Source: Chrysomallon squamiferum (taxonomy: Eukaryota > Animalia > Mollusca). From it: a DNA stretch of 64,000 nt. The stretch is from NCBI GenBank assembly GCA_012295275.1, contig CM022673.1:29202001-29266000 (forward strand), read 5' to 3'. Position numbers and translations under genes: made by a program. The notes beneath the pieces were generated by a model. That model did not search any database, was not told the origin of the DNA, and saw nothing but the letters and a program-made list of their open reading frames with translations. Below, piece after piece: positions 13,261-27,025 of this stretch. Position 1 is the first letter of the stretch. Each line of letters begins with the position of its first letter.

Positions 13261-15114
13261 TCCTATCGGTGCGCGATGACCTGGGTAAGTTCTCCGCTAT
13301 TGGAAAACTTCCATCAAAACACTGGAAATAAGCTCTCAGAAAAATAATAAATAATACAGCAATAACAAAACAGAGAAGAAAAAAGAAATATATAAAGGAT
13401 AATCAAGACCGCTGCTTTTATTCACGTAGGATATGGTTAATGATCATTTTAGTCAGGGAACGGAAGAAAAAAAAAAGCAATTATGTTGGAGTTTTTTTTT
13501 TTTTTTTACGTCTCCCTATTTGACTGCTTTAACGAATCTCTAAAACCACATTACATGTATGCTGAAACAAATTTATGACTTTTGTTCGAGCAGCTCAGTA
13601 TAAAACTGTAAAAATTACTTTCTCATATTAACCAAAAAAAGAGAGAAAAATAGATACGCTTTGGAAATATCCGGTTCTTTTTTCTGTAATTATATAGAAA
13701 TCAGTGCTCTGGGGCAAACAGTTTTTGTAACAAGATAATGAGACTTTTAATGCGTTCACCTTCTTCTTTATCATTTCAGAAATATTGCAATTAGCAGTTC
13801 GCCGAAGTTCACAGTATGAGCCGTTTTCTTTCCTCCGTCATCTTGGCTTTTTCGTCCAGGGCTGAAAATCTGGTCAAAAATTGCATTCTACACCCAGGTC
13901 ACTACCTCACAGCTATCATTAATATTGGAATATTTTGTGTAATTTTGCAAACTCAAGAGTAATAAAAATGTTTCCGCTGTGAAGGTGAATTTGATGAATT
14001 CATTTGATCACCGCAACTTTAGAATTTTTGGTTTGACAGAGATTGGTTAGTACGAAAGAAAGAGCTGAATGCTTCAAAGAAACAAGAAGAAAACCAGTGT
14101 TTTGTCTGGAAGTGGAATTCATAATAAATCATGGTTCTAAAAAACACAAGATAAAAATAATCATATACGTATAAGCATTCATACAAACAGACCTGTATAT
14201 AATATAATGTACGAAATTTTGCATGTTTATTTGAACGTGCGTGTGCATGTGTAAATGAATCAATGTTAAGTATTTATATTTGCATATATTTATCTATGAA
14301 TGTATGTGCGTATCTTTGCATGAATGAATATATGTATATGTCTATGCATGCATGTATGTATGTATGTATGTATGTATGTGTAATTACTCAGTTATATAAT
14401 GTGTTTCTATTTAAAACTGTTTAAGTGTTTTGTTTGTTTTCATAAAAGATATAAAACCTTTATTAGAATTTGTTCCATGAACTCCAGTTAATTTCTAAAT
14501 CATTAAATTAAACTTCGTGTTTATTTTAATTTTTATTATATTTTACATTTTATTTATTTATTATTTTATTTTTTTTTTTTTATTATTATTATTTATTTAT
14601 TTTTATTTATTTGTTTGTTTGTTTGTTTATTATTTTATTTTGTTTCTTTTCGTTAATATTTTTTAATATTATTTTATTTTCAATCTTTTTTAATTTTATT
14701 TTTTTTTTTTTTTTTTTTTTAATTTCTACTTTTTTTTATTATTTCCTAACAAGTGTCAAATATCTAACGTGTACTTTTTATTTATTTATATCTCTTTTTA
14801 TTTTATTTTATTTTATTGCCGTTCCTAACTGTCAGCACGAGAATCATTACACCTCTTACTTCGATAATAATTAAATAAAAACGAAGAAATCATTGCTGTA
14901 AGCTCTCTTCCAGAAAGAAAATACCTGAACATGCAGATATTCTGAATTAACTCCTAGGGCAGACTTTGACTGAAGTTCACGGGTTGAGATGTAGCAGTGA
15001 GCGGATCACGGGGCGTGGCGGGATACTCAGCAACGTCGCTTTCCGAGGTTCGTGTTTTCTAACTGAACGTCAAAAACCACGCAGCGTGTTATTAATCATC
15101 TGTGACACGCGGCC

Positions 15115-15270
15115 TGTTTGTTTCTTTTTTTTGCTTGTTTGTTTGTCTGTTTGTTTGTTTTTGTTTGCTTTTTTGTTTGTTTGTTTGTTTGTTTGCTTGT
15201 TTGCTTGTTTGTTTGTTTGTTTGCTTGTTTGTTTGTCTGTTTGTTTGTTCATTTGTTTGTTTGTTTGTTT
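15115..15270. repeat. (TTTG)n microsatellite
   Basis: Direct reading. Confidence 0.9.
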
Positions 15271-15924
15271 GGTTATTAAATCGAAAAAGAACAAGCAGAC
15301 TGTGTGGTCAGTGATTAACAGTTGATTAAAAATGTGTCATTAGTTGAACTGCGTCTTCCTCTTCAGATTACGAACGAATCAGTGGATAATGTTTACTTCT
15401 TCGTTATCAGACAAATACTAAGAAACAGCTACAAATATGATTTATTTTTTATTATTATTATTTTTTTAAAGATATAAACATTTAACTTTTGAAGATATTA
15501 AACTTGTAAGATGAGATGTTGATAGTAAATATTTTTGGCAAATTTTCATAGCACCCGGTGAGAAGTTAAATAAATCATGTAAGTCAAACTAAAGTCTTTT
15601 AAAAAATGTTTCAAAATTTGTTTACTTACATAATGAAATAAATTTGTTATTTTGTCTATTTTTTATTTATTTTTTTTTATTGTTTTTTTAAAAATGTATT
15701 TATTGTTTTTTTAAAAATGTATTTATTGTTTTTACTTGTTATTATTGTTGTTGTTGCTATCCTGCTGTCAGTAGTGTTGTTAATGTTTCAGTTTAGAATG
15801 CTTCTATGGTCAAATTTCACTTTAATTCTTACTTTGTAACCAATCTTACTAAAACACTTAACATTTCTAATACTACTTCAGCTACTATTAATACTGCTAC
15901 GACTACTACTAGTAATAATAATAA

Positions 15925-15955
<31 letters not shown>

Positions 15956-18348
15956 AAGAAGAAGAAAGATTACATTTGGTAACACTTTTTCCGTAAATTC
16001 TCTCTCTCCTTCGTGAAGTGTCTTTTAAGCCTTTCTGTTCATAATTCTCTAGTCAGTCCACACATAACATTTCGTAAGTTTTGCTGGACGCCTCTTTATT
16101 CTTAAATGTTTGTTTTTTCTTCAGTTTTCTTTCTTTTTTTTTTCTTTTGATGACCATTACCTTACGCTTATGTGGACAAACACAAGACACACGCAAACGA
16201 ATAAAGTTAACAGAACTTTTCCCTCGTTCACCCTTTGCAAATAAATATAATTTATTGACCCCCTTGGCGTTCTCGAACAAAACCAATATGACGCCTAGCA
16301 CGCAAAAGAAAAAAACGCGAATCGATTAACATCGGTGATGAAATATGCCTTTTTTTTTCCTCTGCAGGTCATTTCGTAAATTTAGAAATAGTCTGCGATG
16401 ATAAATCTCTGCTCGCCTGAGCTCGGCTGATGAGGTCTTATACCTTTTGGGATAAGGGCTCTTAGAGTGTGGGCCCGTATTTCAATCCGAGCTTTTATCA
16501 CAGCTGACAAGAGCGAATTACTCGTTCGTTAGTGTTTTATCATTTCCAATAAGCTAATACTGGAGTGCTTCTGTTCGGGGATTTGCGGACCTAGTGAGCG
16601 CTCGTTTCACTGAGCTATCCATTCTCTGTTTATGGAAAAACTAGGCGCGATACCAGTTAAAACACACAAATATTGATCACGTATCAGTGACTATGAGGAT
16701 TCTGTCTTTTACGAGAGATTTTTTTTTTTTTTTTTTTCTCTCTCTCTCTCTGTTATTCAAAGTTGTAAATTAATCTGTATGTGTATGCAACATTTATTTG
16801 GATATTTCATTTGTGAGTTTGTTATTGCAAATGGTTAAAATTTTTCATTTAGAAAGTAAATTTACTTGGATTGTGTTGCCCAAGACGATTATTATATTTT
16901 TATATTAAACTGATAACTATATAAATCTAACTTGGTTTATTGCCAAAATAAGTTCTTTTTTTTCTTCTGTAGAAATGAATAATAAATATTTTTCTGTTCT
17001 TGGAAATGAAGTTATCAGCATATCAACGTCTTCGTCGTCATCATCATCTTCGTTCTCATCGTCGTCATAATCAACATTATGATTATTAACATCATCATCG
17101 TCGTCATCATTATGCCATATTTCATTCAGCTGAAATTGCTGATGCTGTTGTCTTTCTTAAGAACACACACTGTCGCATAGGCTCTGTCAACGTAAATCAT
17201 TCTTTCTCCACTGACAAGCATTTCGTACATGAAGGAAACTTAGCTTTCCCTTTGTTACGTGTCAGCAATTTCTAGATGCCTCAGCTTACAAAGTTTTAAT
17301 AACAAAATACGTTTACTTAGATTTACAAGACTCTGCTGTTTGCGCTGAATCCAAAGATATTATTAATTGGTTAATTTGCAAATAAATAAATTTATTAATG
17401 ACGTTTCCGCTGTATTTCGTTTTATTCATTTATTTTTACCTTTTTAATATTTTTCTCTATTTAATCCAAATATGTATAAATTATTTTAATAAGTAAAAAA
17501 CATTATTAATTAATTAAATTTTACCTTTCGATTTCACTTTTACTAAATTTTTTTGTATATATATTTCTTTATCTGGCATCAAAGCCCAAATGTTTCTTTT
17601 TTTTTTCTCTCTCTCTCTCTCCAGATACAAATTTAATTCTTTGACCAAAGACTTGTTTTTATATTCTTCGTCCTATACTGTTGTCCAGCTTTTGTTTGAC
17701 CTGAAAACAAAACAGAAGCATGTAAGTTATTAAACACTCCGATACCTCACTGTTAACAGTGAAAGTCTGCGTATATTGTTTGTGTGTGTGTGTCCGTGTG
17801 TGTGTGTATATGTGTGTGCGCGCGCGTGTATGTGTAAATACGTGTGTGTGTGTGTTTTCGTATCATGGTCCAGCTGATGACTCCGTTGTGAACTGTTTGA
17901 AAACACGGATCGATATTCTCTGCAATTAAGCAGCGATTACTTTCAAAGCCGCATTAAATATTAACGCACCGCCCAACAAACTGAGACAAGCAGAACACGC
18001 CGGGGACGCAGTTGACGTCTTTGAAGTCAAAAACATGTTCAGGAAGCTGGTCACAGAATCATAGCGTTTTCTAATTTAAAGAACTAACTCACATACCCGT
18101 TTCACTTATTATAAAATGACCTACACTCCTGTACAAATAAAAAATTTAAGGATTTGAGTTCGAAGACCCTGACACAAATGTTTTAGGACGATAATAAATA
18201 AAGAGATAGCGTTAGACTATAATTAATTATTTTGTGACAGAGGAGAGAGTGTGTTTGAAATGCTGAATATAAATAATACAAAAATTGGAAATTATAATTA
18301 TTTAACGTGTAGTTTTCTGAAAATATATTTTTTATTTATAAAGATGAC

Positions 18349-18351
<3 letters not shown>

Positions 18352-18392
<41 letters not shown>

Positions 18393-18434
18393 TATAGATT
18401 ACTAGTTATATTTCTGCATGCCCGTGAACATACA

Positions 18435-18499
<65 letters not shown>

Positions 18500-18507
18500 A
18501 GATAGAT
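18352..18507. repeat. (CA)n, (TA)n and (GATA)n microsatellites
   Basis: Direct reading. Confidence 0.9.
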
Positions 18508-19474
18508 GTGAATGAGAGAGAAAATAACTAACGAAAAATGGATTAAGAAAAGGTTAAAGGACGGTGAATTAACTCACTAGCAGATAACATTGACGTTTTT
18601 TTTTTATATCAAATACCGAAACAAAAAAAAAAAAAAAAAAAAAAAAATCATGGCAAAACTATATCCTCTAAATTTCTCTGTCCTGATTTTGTTTGCAAAT
18701 ATCAATGATACGAGAGAGCAGTAACGCGGAAAAGATCTGATTTATTTCCTTTCGAGAAGCCTGAACTCGTTCCAAAGGTCTTGCTAAGGCACGGATTCGA
18801 TTCGGTAACGAAAAAAAATTCTAACCTTATCAGCGATCATAAAACATTTGCTCTCCAATAAGTACAAAACAAATACGTTGTACTTTTACGCGAATCAGCC
18901 ATAAAGCAGAAGCTGATCTGGTTAGTTTGGAAATTTTAAGCAAAAAAAAAAAAGTGTTGTTACAACTGATACTACAGCTTAGATTAGAGGTGTGAGAAGA
19001 TTATTGTATTCAAACTTATTTTCTTTAAATTGAAATAATCACTGTATTTTAATATTAAGTTATTTTTTAAACATTTTTTTTTTCTTTTTTTTTTGTTGTT
19101 TTACTCTGTTCTATAAAAAATGTGATAAAATTCGAGATAGAAATTATACTGGGTTTTTTTTTTAATAATTATTGTGTTTGTTCAGAATAAATAAAATTAA
19201 CTTTGTAGTCATCAGACATGTACATTCTTATTTTTATAGTTTGTTGTTGTGTAATAGAAAATAATAACAACTATTGCTTAAACCGAATATTTCTGTAAAA
19301 GGAAAGTTACTGGTTTCCACTGTAATTTAGGATAATCAAAGTGAAATGTGTTAAAATGCTATAACTGATTTTTTACTCCGATGATTGAAAGAAAGAAAAA
19401 TACGAAAGCACCAGCTGATATAGTCCAAAACAATATAACAAACAAACAAACAAACAAACAAACAAACAAATAAG

Positions 19475-19505
<31 letters not shown>

Positions 19506-20362
19506 ACATAAGAAAGGCTCAACACGGAATGGACTATGGTTCCAGACTAATAGAAAACAATGGAATAGAAGTTATTGAATACAGACATGTTTATACTGAT
19601 TGTCCGCAAAATCACACACAAATTAATCTTTGATCAAACTGAAAATTATCTGTCACAATATTTGCACTAAAATTCGCTAAAGACGTTCAGAAGTAAAAGA
19701 TTTAAAGATTTCAAACCAATCCATTGCGTCATCATCTTAAACATCACCAAATGGCCTCCCGTGAAGACGCTTTGATTTTTTGCCCAAATTCGTCTTACAA
19801 ACAGTCGAATCACACCGATATGTGTAAGTTCTTTGAGTTATCTTCATCACATAGTTATTCTCTGACTCAGTTAAAAACGTGATTATTTAGAGGGACCAAA
19901 TTACCAACAATTATCTCAGTGGAAATCTGACCTTTCCGAGAAGAACGAGGTTGACAGAATGTCGATGTCTTCTCGTCGTCATGTTGTCGTTGCAAGGCGA
20001 AAGAAATAATTGTTGGCGTAGTAATGATGAGGTCTTTATTTGTTCGCACAAAACAGAAATCGTTTTCGAATTTTTGAACGAATGACACGCTGTTAATAAA
20101 ATCGAGAAGATAAAGTGAGTTTCCTTTGTAAGAAATAAAGTAAATTTGGCTGTTGCAAAAAGTCAAATAAAAAAACAATTAATAACGGGCGATAAAAGAA
20201 ACAGCGGTTACATTAACTTCAGGAAGAAAACGTTTTTTGTTGTTGTTTTTTTTCCTTTTTATTTGTTTTTGTTGTTGCTGTTGTTTTAATTTGTAAATGC
20301 GTTTTAATAATTAAAGGTGCATTTTTATTAAAGTTAATTTATTATTATTTTTTTTTTTTTTT

Positions 20363-20418
<56 letters not shown>

Positions 20419-21469
20419 CTCACACATATTACGGCATTAAACTTATCTTAGTGGTTAATATATGAAATTATGTCTAACAAAACATTCTACAGCTTTAAAA
20501 TATGTTTTCCAAAGATTACCATCTGTTTTGCCACCAAATAATAACACTCGCCGAAGATAACCGAGGAAGTTAATTCAATTACCCACACATTTTACCTACA
20601 TCTGACTGCCCGCATTTCCACAACGCTGAAGAATAAAAACTTATCTTACAGCTTAAATCTTCACCTTAAAGTCTGACAACACGGACACTGTCAAGTGAAA
20701 ATGTCATGTCAAGAAATGAAATTTAACAAACGGCTGTGAAAATGAAATACACAGAGCCTTTACAAAGAATTGTACGGTATAAAGAAAAGAAAAAAAAATT
20801 GTTGGGCGTTTTGTTGTGTTTTTTAATACATTGGAAATTGCAATTTTATGATACTATCGAATGTCATAATTCATTATAAAGCTCAGGATACGTTATTTTT
20901 CTAATTTAATGCATGTTTCTCTTCCATAATGCAGAGATTGGTACAAACGTTATTATTATTCTTTTATGAATAAACAATATTTCGTTTTCTTTTCTTCGTT
21001 CTTTTTGTCGGATTTCTTTTAAGTCCAAACCAATAAGAATTTCAAAAAGATATCATACTTGTGATTAATTGATTGATATATCCCGTACCTAAAGATGAGA
21101 TTCCAATCTTCAAAAGGTTTTTTTTTTTTGTATGCAAAATCCTTGATGGAATATTTCAAGGGATCGGCATTAAAATGAATGAATTTTTCTGCTTTCAAAA
21201 AGTATCACAATATTTTGTATTAAATTAAAAACTGAATTCCTGATTGAGAAAAGAAAACTCACAAAAAAAAATAAAAGATGTTGGATTGCGTTGCCAAAAT
21301 GACTGACAATATCACGGGAATAAATATTTAATTCAGATTACCTTAGAGAGATATATTTTGCTTAAGAAAATAATAAAAATATACTTTTTAACCGACGGTT
21401 ATTTTGACATTATATAAACAGAAAAGAGAAGAAACGGGCAATTGTTTTTTTTTTTTTTTTGTTTGATTA

Positions 21470-21570
21470 AAAACAAGGGTTATTCTTAGTCATTATCCCG
21501 CAGATAAAACAGTACACGCACAATATTTATTATACTTCTTTTGGAGCACTGGTTGGAACGAGAAATATTT
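21470..21570 (-). mobile_element. Decayed Deu/Nin-like SINE fragment
   Basis: ggagcactggttggaacgagaaata closely matches ggagcactgtctggaacggaaaata at ~57162. Confidence 0.5.
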
Positions 21571-23339
21571 GAACTACGTTCACTTTCGAAAATACAAAGC
21601 TTGTCAAGAATTTGTTATAATTTATTGGTTAAGAAGAAAAAAAGTTCTTCTTTTTCGTCACCGTTAATGTAAAATATAGAAAATCGTTTTTCTTTTCTTT
21701 CTGTACAGTCTTCTTTTTTTAAACTAAAGCGACCTTGAAAGGAAGATATTAACACAGTAAAATAATGGATGAGAATCACAATGTAAAGACGTCAATTCTG
21801 TCTGATAGAGAGCCAATAATTTGTCTGATTATTGCCACATTATTTTCTGGATTTACTAGCATATATATTAATGAAGAACTTCGCCTAAGGAAATCTTTTT
21901 AACGGATATTATTGTTCGTAGGAAACCATTGAATAATAAATCACAGTATTGACAGAGAGACACATGCAGCATGTAATGGAACTAATGAACCCGTTCTAAA
22001 GCAGTTTCGATTTTGAAAGATTCGCTAATAGCACGAATAAAAACAAAATCTATGCTTTAAAAATATTCCAGCTCTCTGACCCAGCTTAACAAAGAATTAC
22101 TTCTAAAACTGAAATAAAAATTAAGCCTGTTTTATAAATACCATGATATGAATATATATATAACATATATTTAAAGGTAATGCTAATTTATATTTATATA
22201 AATAGACTCGTAGAAAGATGGTCAGAGAGATATACACCACACACAAACATGTGCAATGAGAGAGAGAGATAGAGAGACTTTAGCTATCATGTCAGGTTGA
22301 CATTATCTAAAAAGAGTATTAACAGAAAAGGAAAACGTCTAGCTATGTGACAAGGATCATTACCACATACATGACAATAATTAATATCCTGCTGAAGTCT
22401 CAATATCGAATTCAAACTTGGTTATACTGAACACATGTTACAAAAAGCTCAGTTCTTATATTTCAAAAAATTTCATCATTAGCATTCTATTTTGTATATT
22501 TATTCACAGAAGTGATGACACTATGTTATCATTAATCAACTCGGTATATTCGAAAATAACAGAGAACATATGTTTGAGTTTAAAATATGTTTTTGATCTT
22601 CTCTCTGTATGACTCTATCAATAATGAATGTCTATATGATTTTTTCTTATTACAAACAAAACGCGAAATGCATTAGTAGAAAGACGAAATTAATTGGTAA
22701 ATTATCTCCTCGTTGTTATTTACGCGAGACTCCAACAAGTGCTGGCTGTGTTTGTTATCAATAATGTCAAACGAATAGTTCGCTTACATAAATGTATTGC
22801 ACTTGAAAAAGTGGGGCTTTTGTATTTTCTTTTTTTTTTTGCCAATAAAAATGTAAACTGAAGTGTGAGAGAGAGTTAACTACACTCTTTTATAATGAAT
22901 TTTTGTCTCGTGTGTCGCTGATTTGAAGAACAGATAAAGACGGAAATGAGAGAGACACTCTGTGGATGCTTTGTGACACATCTTGATGTCGGTTCTATTG
23001 TATTACTGCGCAAACACAAAGGAAAAGGTCAACTCGAAATGAATTCATCATCCATACTAAACCCGCCAACGCCACAGTTATTTTCTGTCTGTTCTGACGC
23101 CCTTCAAAAATTAGTTCTCATTTATTTGACAGAATTCATCTTTAAATATAGACACTGGGATTTAGGTGTATCTTGAACCCGCATTTTCTCCATTTGCACG
23201 TAAGTACTTCGAGCTCTAACTAGCAGAAACACTGAATATCGTTTTCATATTATGGCACTGAAGGTCGAATATTCGGGATTCATAACCTTGATCTTTGATG
23301 GAAAAAAAAAATAATGACGAATGTATCGACTGCTTTCAT

Positions 23340-24270
23340 TTTAGCGCATTAAGAATGATACGCTCTGACTGTATTGATTCTCAGAATGGCTGGTGTAGTC
23401 AGTGTGTATGTCAGTTAAATATGTACGTGTGAATAAAATAAATTTGTTCGTCGTTGTCGACGTATTTACCGATTAAATTGTTGCAACCAATCATTAAAGA
23501 GTTGTGAAGTCATCCACGCTTTCCGATTGGCTGTCCGGGTCACAGATTGAGACTAGTGTGATGTTTGTAAAACAGTGAGCAGTTTGTGCTGTCCCTGTTA
23601 CCAGTGGTTTAGTTTGTTGTCCTATTGCACTGCAGCACAATAAAACAGTTAATCGTTCTTTTGAAACCTTCCCAACATTTATCGTTTGGGTTTTAAAATC
23701 TAGTGTTCTGTCCGGTGTTGCTAAAAAACCCCAGACCAACCCGTCTCATTGCAGTTAAAGATGTCCTTGTTTTTCAAAGAAATTTCCAACTATTGTTGGT
23801 AGATGTATCTGAAAGTCATTTACGATATCATGACTGACTCCTGCACTGTACACGCTAACTTTGAAATGTTTGACGTTAAACCGAGTTTTTCATGAAATTA
23901 GTCAGCCAAGCCTTGCTTCTTGAAGTCGGGTACTCCTAGCTTTTCAGCGATCTGAATGGATTTTTCTTTTAAAATTGGGCCAGAAATGGGCAGGCAGTGT
24001 TTTCGCTATTGTCTACTGAAACCACTGATGCAACAATCCACTCAGAGTGTTTAAATTTGCAGATCATTATCCGTTTTTGTTTCTGCCTAAAAGCTGGTTT
24101 CGTTCAGTTGTCGGTGACGGTCACTACGTTTTAAAATGTCAGATACTGTCCTGTCTTCCTATTTTAAACTGCACGGCTAAATCTGTCTGTTTATACTGTG
24201 GATTCGCTGAAAACTCGTCTATTAATTTCACTTTAGACTTCAGTGAACGTTCGATACGTTGTCGTTTTTA
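23340..24270 (-). pseudogene. Decayed pogo/Tigger (Tc1/mariner superfamily, CENP-B/TIGD-like) transposase
   Basis: Manual minus-strand translation across frameshifts gives KRQRIERSLKSKVKLIDEF...QTDLAVQFKIGRQ/TVSDILKR (CENP-B N-terminal HTH), then LLHQWFQ*...PISGPILKEKSIQIAEKLGVPDFK/SKAWLTNF (Tc5-type HTH), then KDIFNCNETG/ATPDRTLDFK...GKVSKERLTVLLCCSAIGQQTKPLVTG/ANRKAWMTSQLFNDWLQQFNR* (DDE_1 domain). Several frameshifts and stops; the first catalytic Asp of DETG reads N. Confidence 0.92.
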
Positions 24271-24599
24271 GTTCGCTTTGCGATTACGACGAATTCAATA
24301 AGCCAACGCAAAATGTGTGCCTTACGTATTTATGCAGTCTTCTTCTTTTGCCACTAAATCTGAATGAATTAGTTCATTGAATTAGTTCACTTAGGTAAAA
24401 ACACTCACTAACACTAGTCTTTGTTCATCTAGCTGCACATAGTAATTACAAGAAGCATGGCATCACTGCTTATAAAACCTTCAAAGAAGCGCGAGCTTTT
24501 CATCTCACCGGTAGATTAATTACGTACAAATTGCAGTCATTGTTTAAGAAGTGATCGTACTTGCAAACCTTGTGTGCCGCTGTTGACAAAGCTAATTAC

Positions 24600-24772
24600 T
24601 GTACAGATTGTTCTCGAAGTTACATCCGGTATCCGAAGTACGCGGCATCCGGATTAGTCAAGTTTTGTTGATGACAGATCAACTGTAGCTGGACGGGAAT
24701 TTGGAATATTGCAGGTTAACACAGAAATCCGGATTTGTCGGAGACCGGTTTTTGCAGTGTGTTGTGTATGTA
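24600..24772 (-). mobile_element. Probable decayed 5' end of the Tigger element
   Basis: Cluster of TCCGG/ACCGG motifs (catccggtatccgaag, atccggattagtc, aatccggatttgtcggagaccggttttt) like Tigger subterminal repeats, ~350 bp upstream of the transposase relic. Confidence 0.4.
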
Positions 24773-24776
24773 TAAA

Positions 24777-24779
<3 letters not shown>

Positions 24780-24840
<61 letters not shown>
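24780..24840. repeat. (GT)n microsatellite
   Basis: Direct reading. Confidence 0.97.
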
Positions 24841-24842
<2 letters not shown>

Positions 24843-26897
24843 CGTTATATTTCTGTATATATATATAAATGTATGTGTGTATGTATTTATATACGTTCAT
24901 TTTCCTTTTATATTCCTGCATGTCACTGTGTTCTATAACACTGTTAACAGGTGAGTGAATCACACTATATCAGAAAACTGATACTGTTTCTATAAACATA
25001 CCAGAGACACTGACACACACAGAGACGGACGTTCTATATAATCATAAAGAACGTACTTTTCGATCTTTTTTTATTATTCGTTTTTCGTCGTTATGAACGA
25101 TGACGTTTTTTTCACGCTGGAGAAAATTGGATCCTTCTTAACTATACTTGACGCGTTATAAATATTACGTTCACGCAGAAATAAAACGAATTTCTCTTTT
25201 TTTTATTTCGAGCACAAATCATAAAATCGTATCGCACAGAAGCATTCTTAGAAAGCACGTCAGAGGAAGCGATGAACTGCAATCAATTTGAGTCCCATTT
25301 CTCATCGTGCCAATTATAGTGTGCCTACGATTTTCTATATCACTAATTTAATCGAAACGACCGAAACGAAGACCGCTTTCTTTGGTAATTTTTACAGAAC
25401 GATTGTAAAATATGTCCTGGCTCCCAAGAAAGGAAAAAAAAAAAAGAAGAAGAAAAAAAAAAAAAAAACCATGATGACGAAGGAAAGAAAAATGCTAAAC
25501 GTGATTCATAAAAGAATTTCTTGATTGATCGATCGAAATAAGAAATTTACTTCTCCATTAAAAGTAACAGTTGATAAATGGATCAAAAAAGTTCGAAGGG
25601 AAGTGACGTATGAATGAATTTTAAAAACATTTAACCAATGAAAATTTTGATCCCAGAACTGCTGAGTATTCCTTTTGTACGAATTTTAAAAAAAAACACA
25701 TTTATTTATCTTTTTTATTTTATTTTATTTTATTTATTTTGTTACTGATTTTTTTTATTTATTTATTTACTTTAATATATTCTTAAGTAATAAATAGTTA
25801 TTACTTATCTTATCCCCTTTTTCTTTCTTTTATCTCTTAAAAAAAAAAAATGTACCAAACAATAACAATCTTTTCTTGCTTATTATTACTTTGTATATTG
25901 ATAAGATTGAAAATATGTTTAAATTATTTATTTTTCATTACACACATGAGAAAACGGTAACGAAGAAGTTGTTGTGTTATTAGCATTAACTGTATTAGTA
26001 GTGTCTGGCGACCATAATAACACAAACAGCATGAAGTGTAAAGTGTTGATATTAGCAATAATGATAGTAAAAGCAGTATTAGTTGCAGAAACAGAAGTAA
26101 TAGTGGTAATAGCAGTGATAGTATAAGAGTAACATAGTAATAGTAGTAGTAGTAGTGGAGGTTTTGATATTAGTAATACTATTAATAAGAAGAAAATTGT
26201 TATGTTTCAACAGAAGTAGTAATAATAATAGTAATAATTATAGTAATAATTATTTAACTAGTACTAATAGTAGAAGTAGTAGTGGTAGTAGTAGTAGTAG
26301 TAGTAGTAGTAATAGTGATGGAGATAGTAGCAGTGATAGTATTAATAGGTAACAGTTAACAGTAATAGTATATAAACCAAACTCTTTTCCATTCACAACC
26401 AAACAAAACAACAACAGCAGCAATTAATCAAAACTTTCCAATTTACCCGCATGTAAATTGAAATATGTTGAAGATGTCACTTTTAAGGTTCCAGAATTCT
26501 ACCTTAATTGTGTTGACACAAAGATGAAAGGAAGGTCAAAAGAAATCGTCAGTCATTTCTTCCGTTCTCTGCAGACGTCAGTTGATTCGGCTGTACGATT
26601 CTCTAACAAAGTGTTCGTTAAGCGACGGCTTTCACCACGTCGACAGCATTGATTCGACGTTAACGAAAGGTTAGGGACCCGTTGCAGTCGCGAAGTCTTC
26701 GCCGCGCCTAGATTAAAAGTTTGGCTGTCACTCAGGACGTCGGGAGGACGGTGTACACGTCTTCGTCCGTGGCTCTGAAAAGTCAGTCAGCACAAACATC
26801 ACAAATGAAAAAAGATTCGATTAATGTGTGGATGTGTTGGAAAAAAATCGAACTGTGAAAACATTTACGTAGGAACCAATTTGATTAATAGGGTTGC

Positions 26898-26931
<34 letters not shown>

Positions 26932-26950
26932 TACTACTACTACTACTACT

Positions 26951-27023
<73 letters not shown>

Positions 27024-27025
27024 GC
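26898..27025. repeat. (TTA)n(CTA)n microsatellite
   Basis: Direct reading. Confidence 0.95.

Noticed and set aside
17610-17730. Splice-like signals on both strands (CT-tract CCAG...GTAAGT; minus-strand TTTTGTTTTCAG)
   Set aside because: Such signals are common by chance in T-rich DNA, and the enclosed frames are short and uninformative.
22795-22805. Partial matches to conserved miRNAs (TATTGCACTTG like miR-92; also short miR-981-, miR-216- and miR-750-like strings elsewhere)
   Set aside because: Only 10-12 nt match, the rest diverges, and no precursor hairpin is evident.
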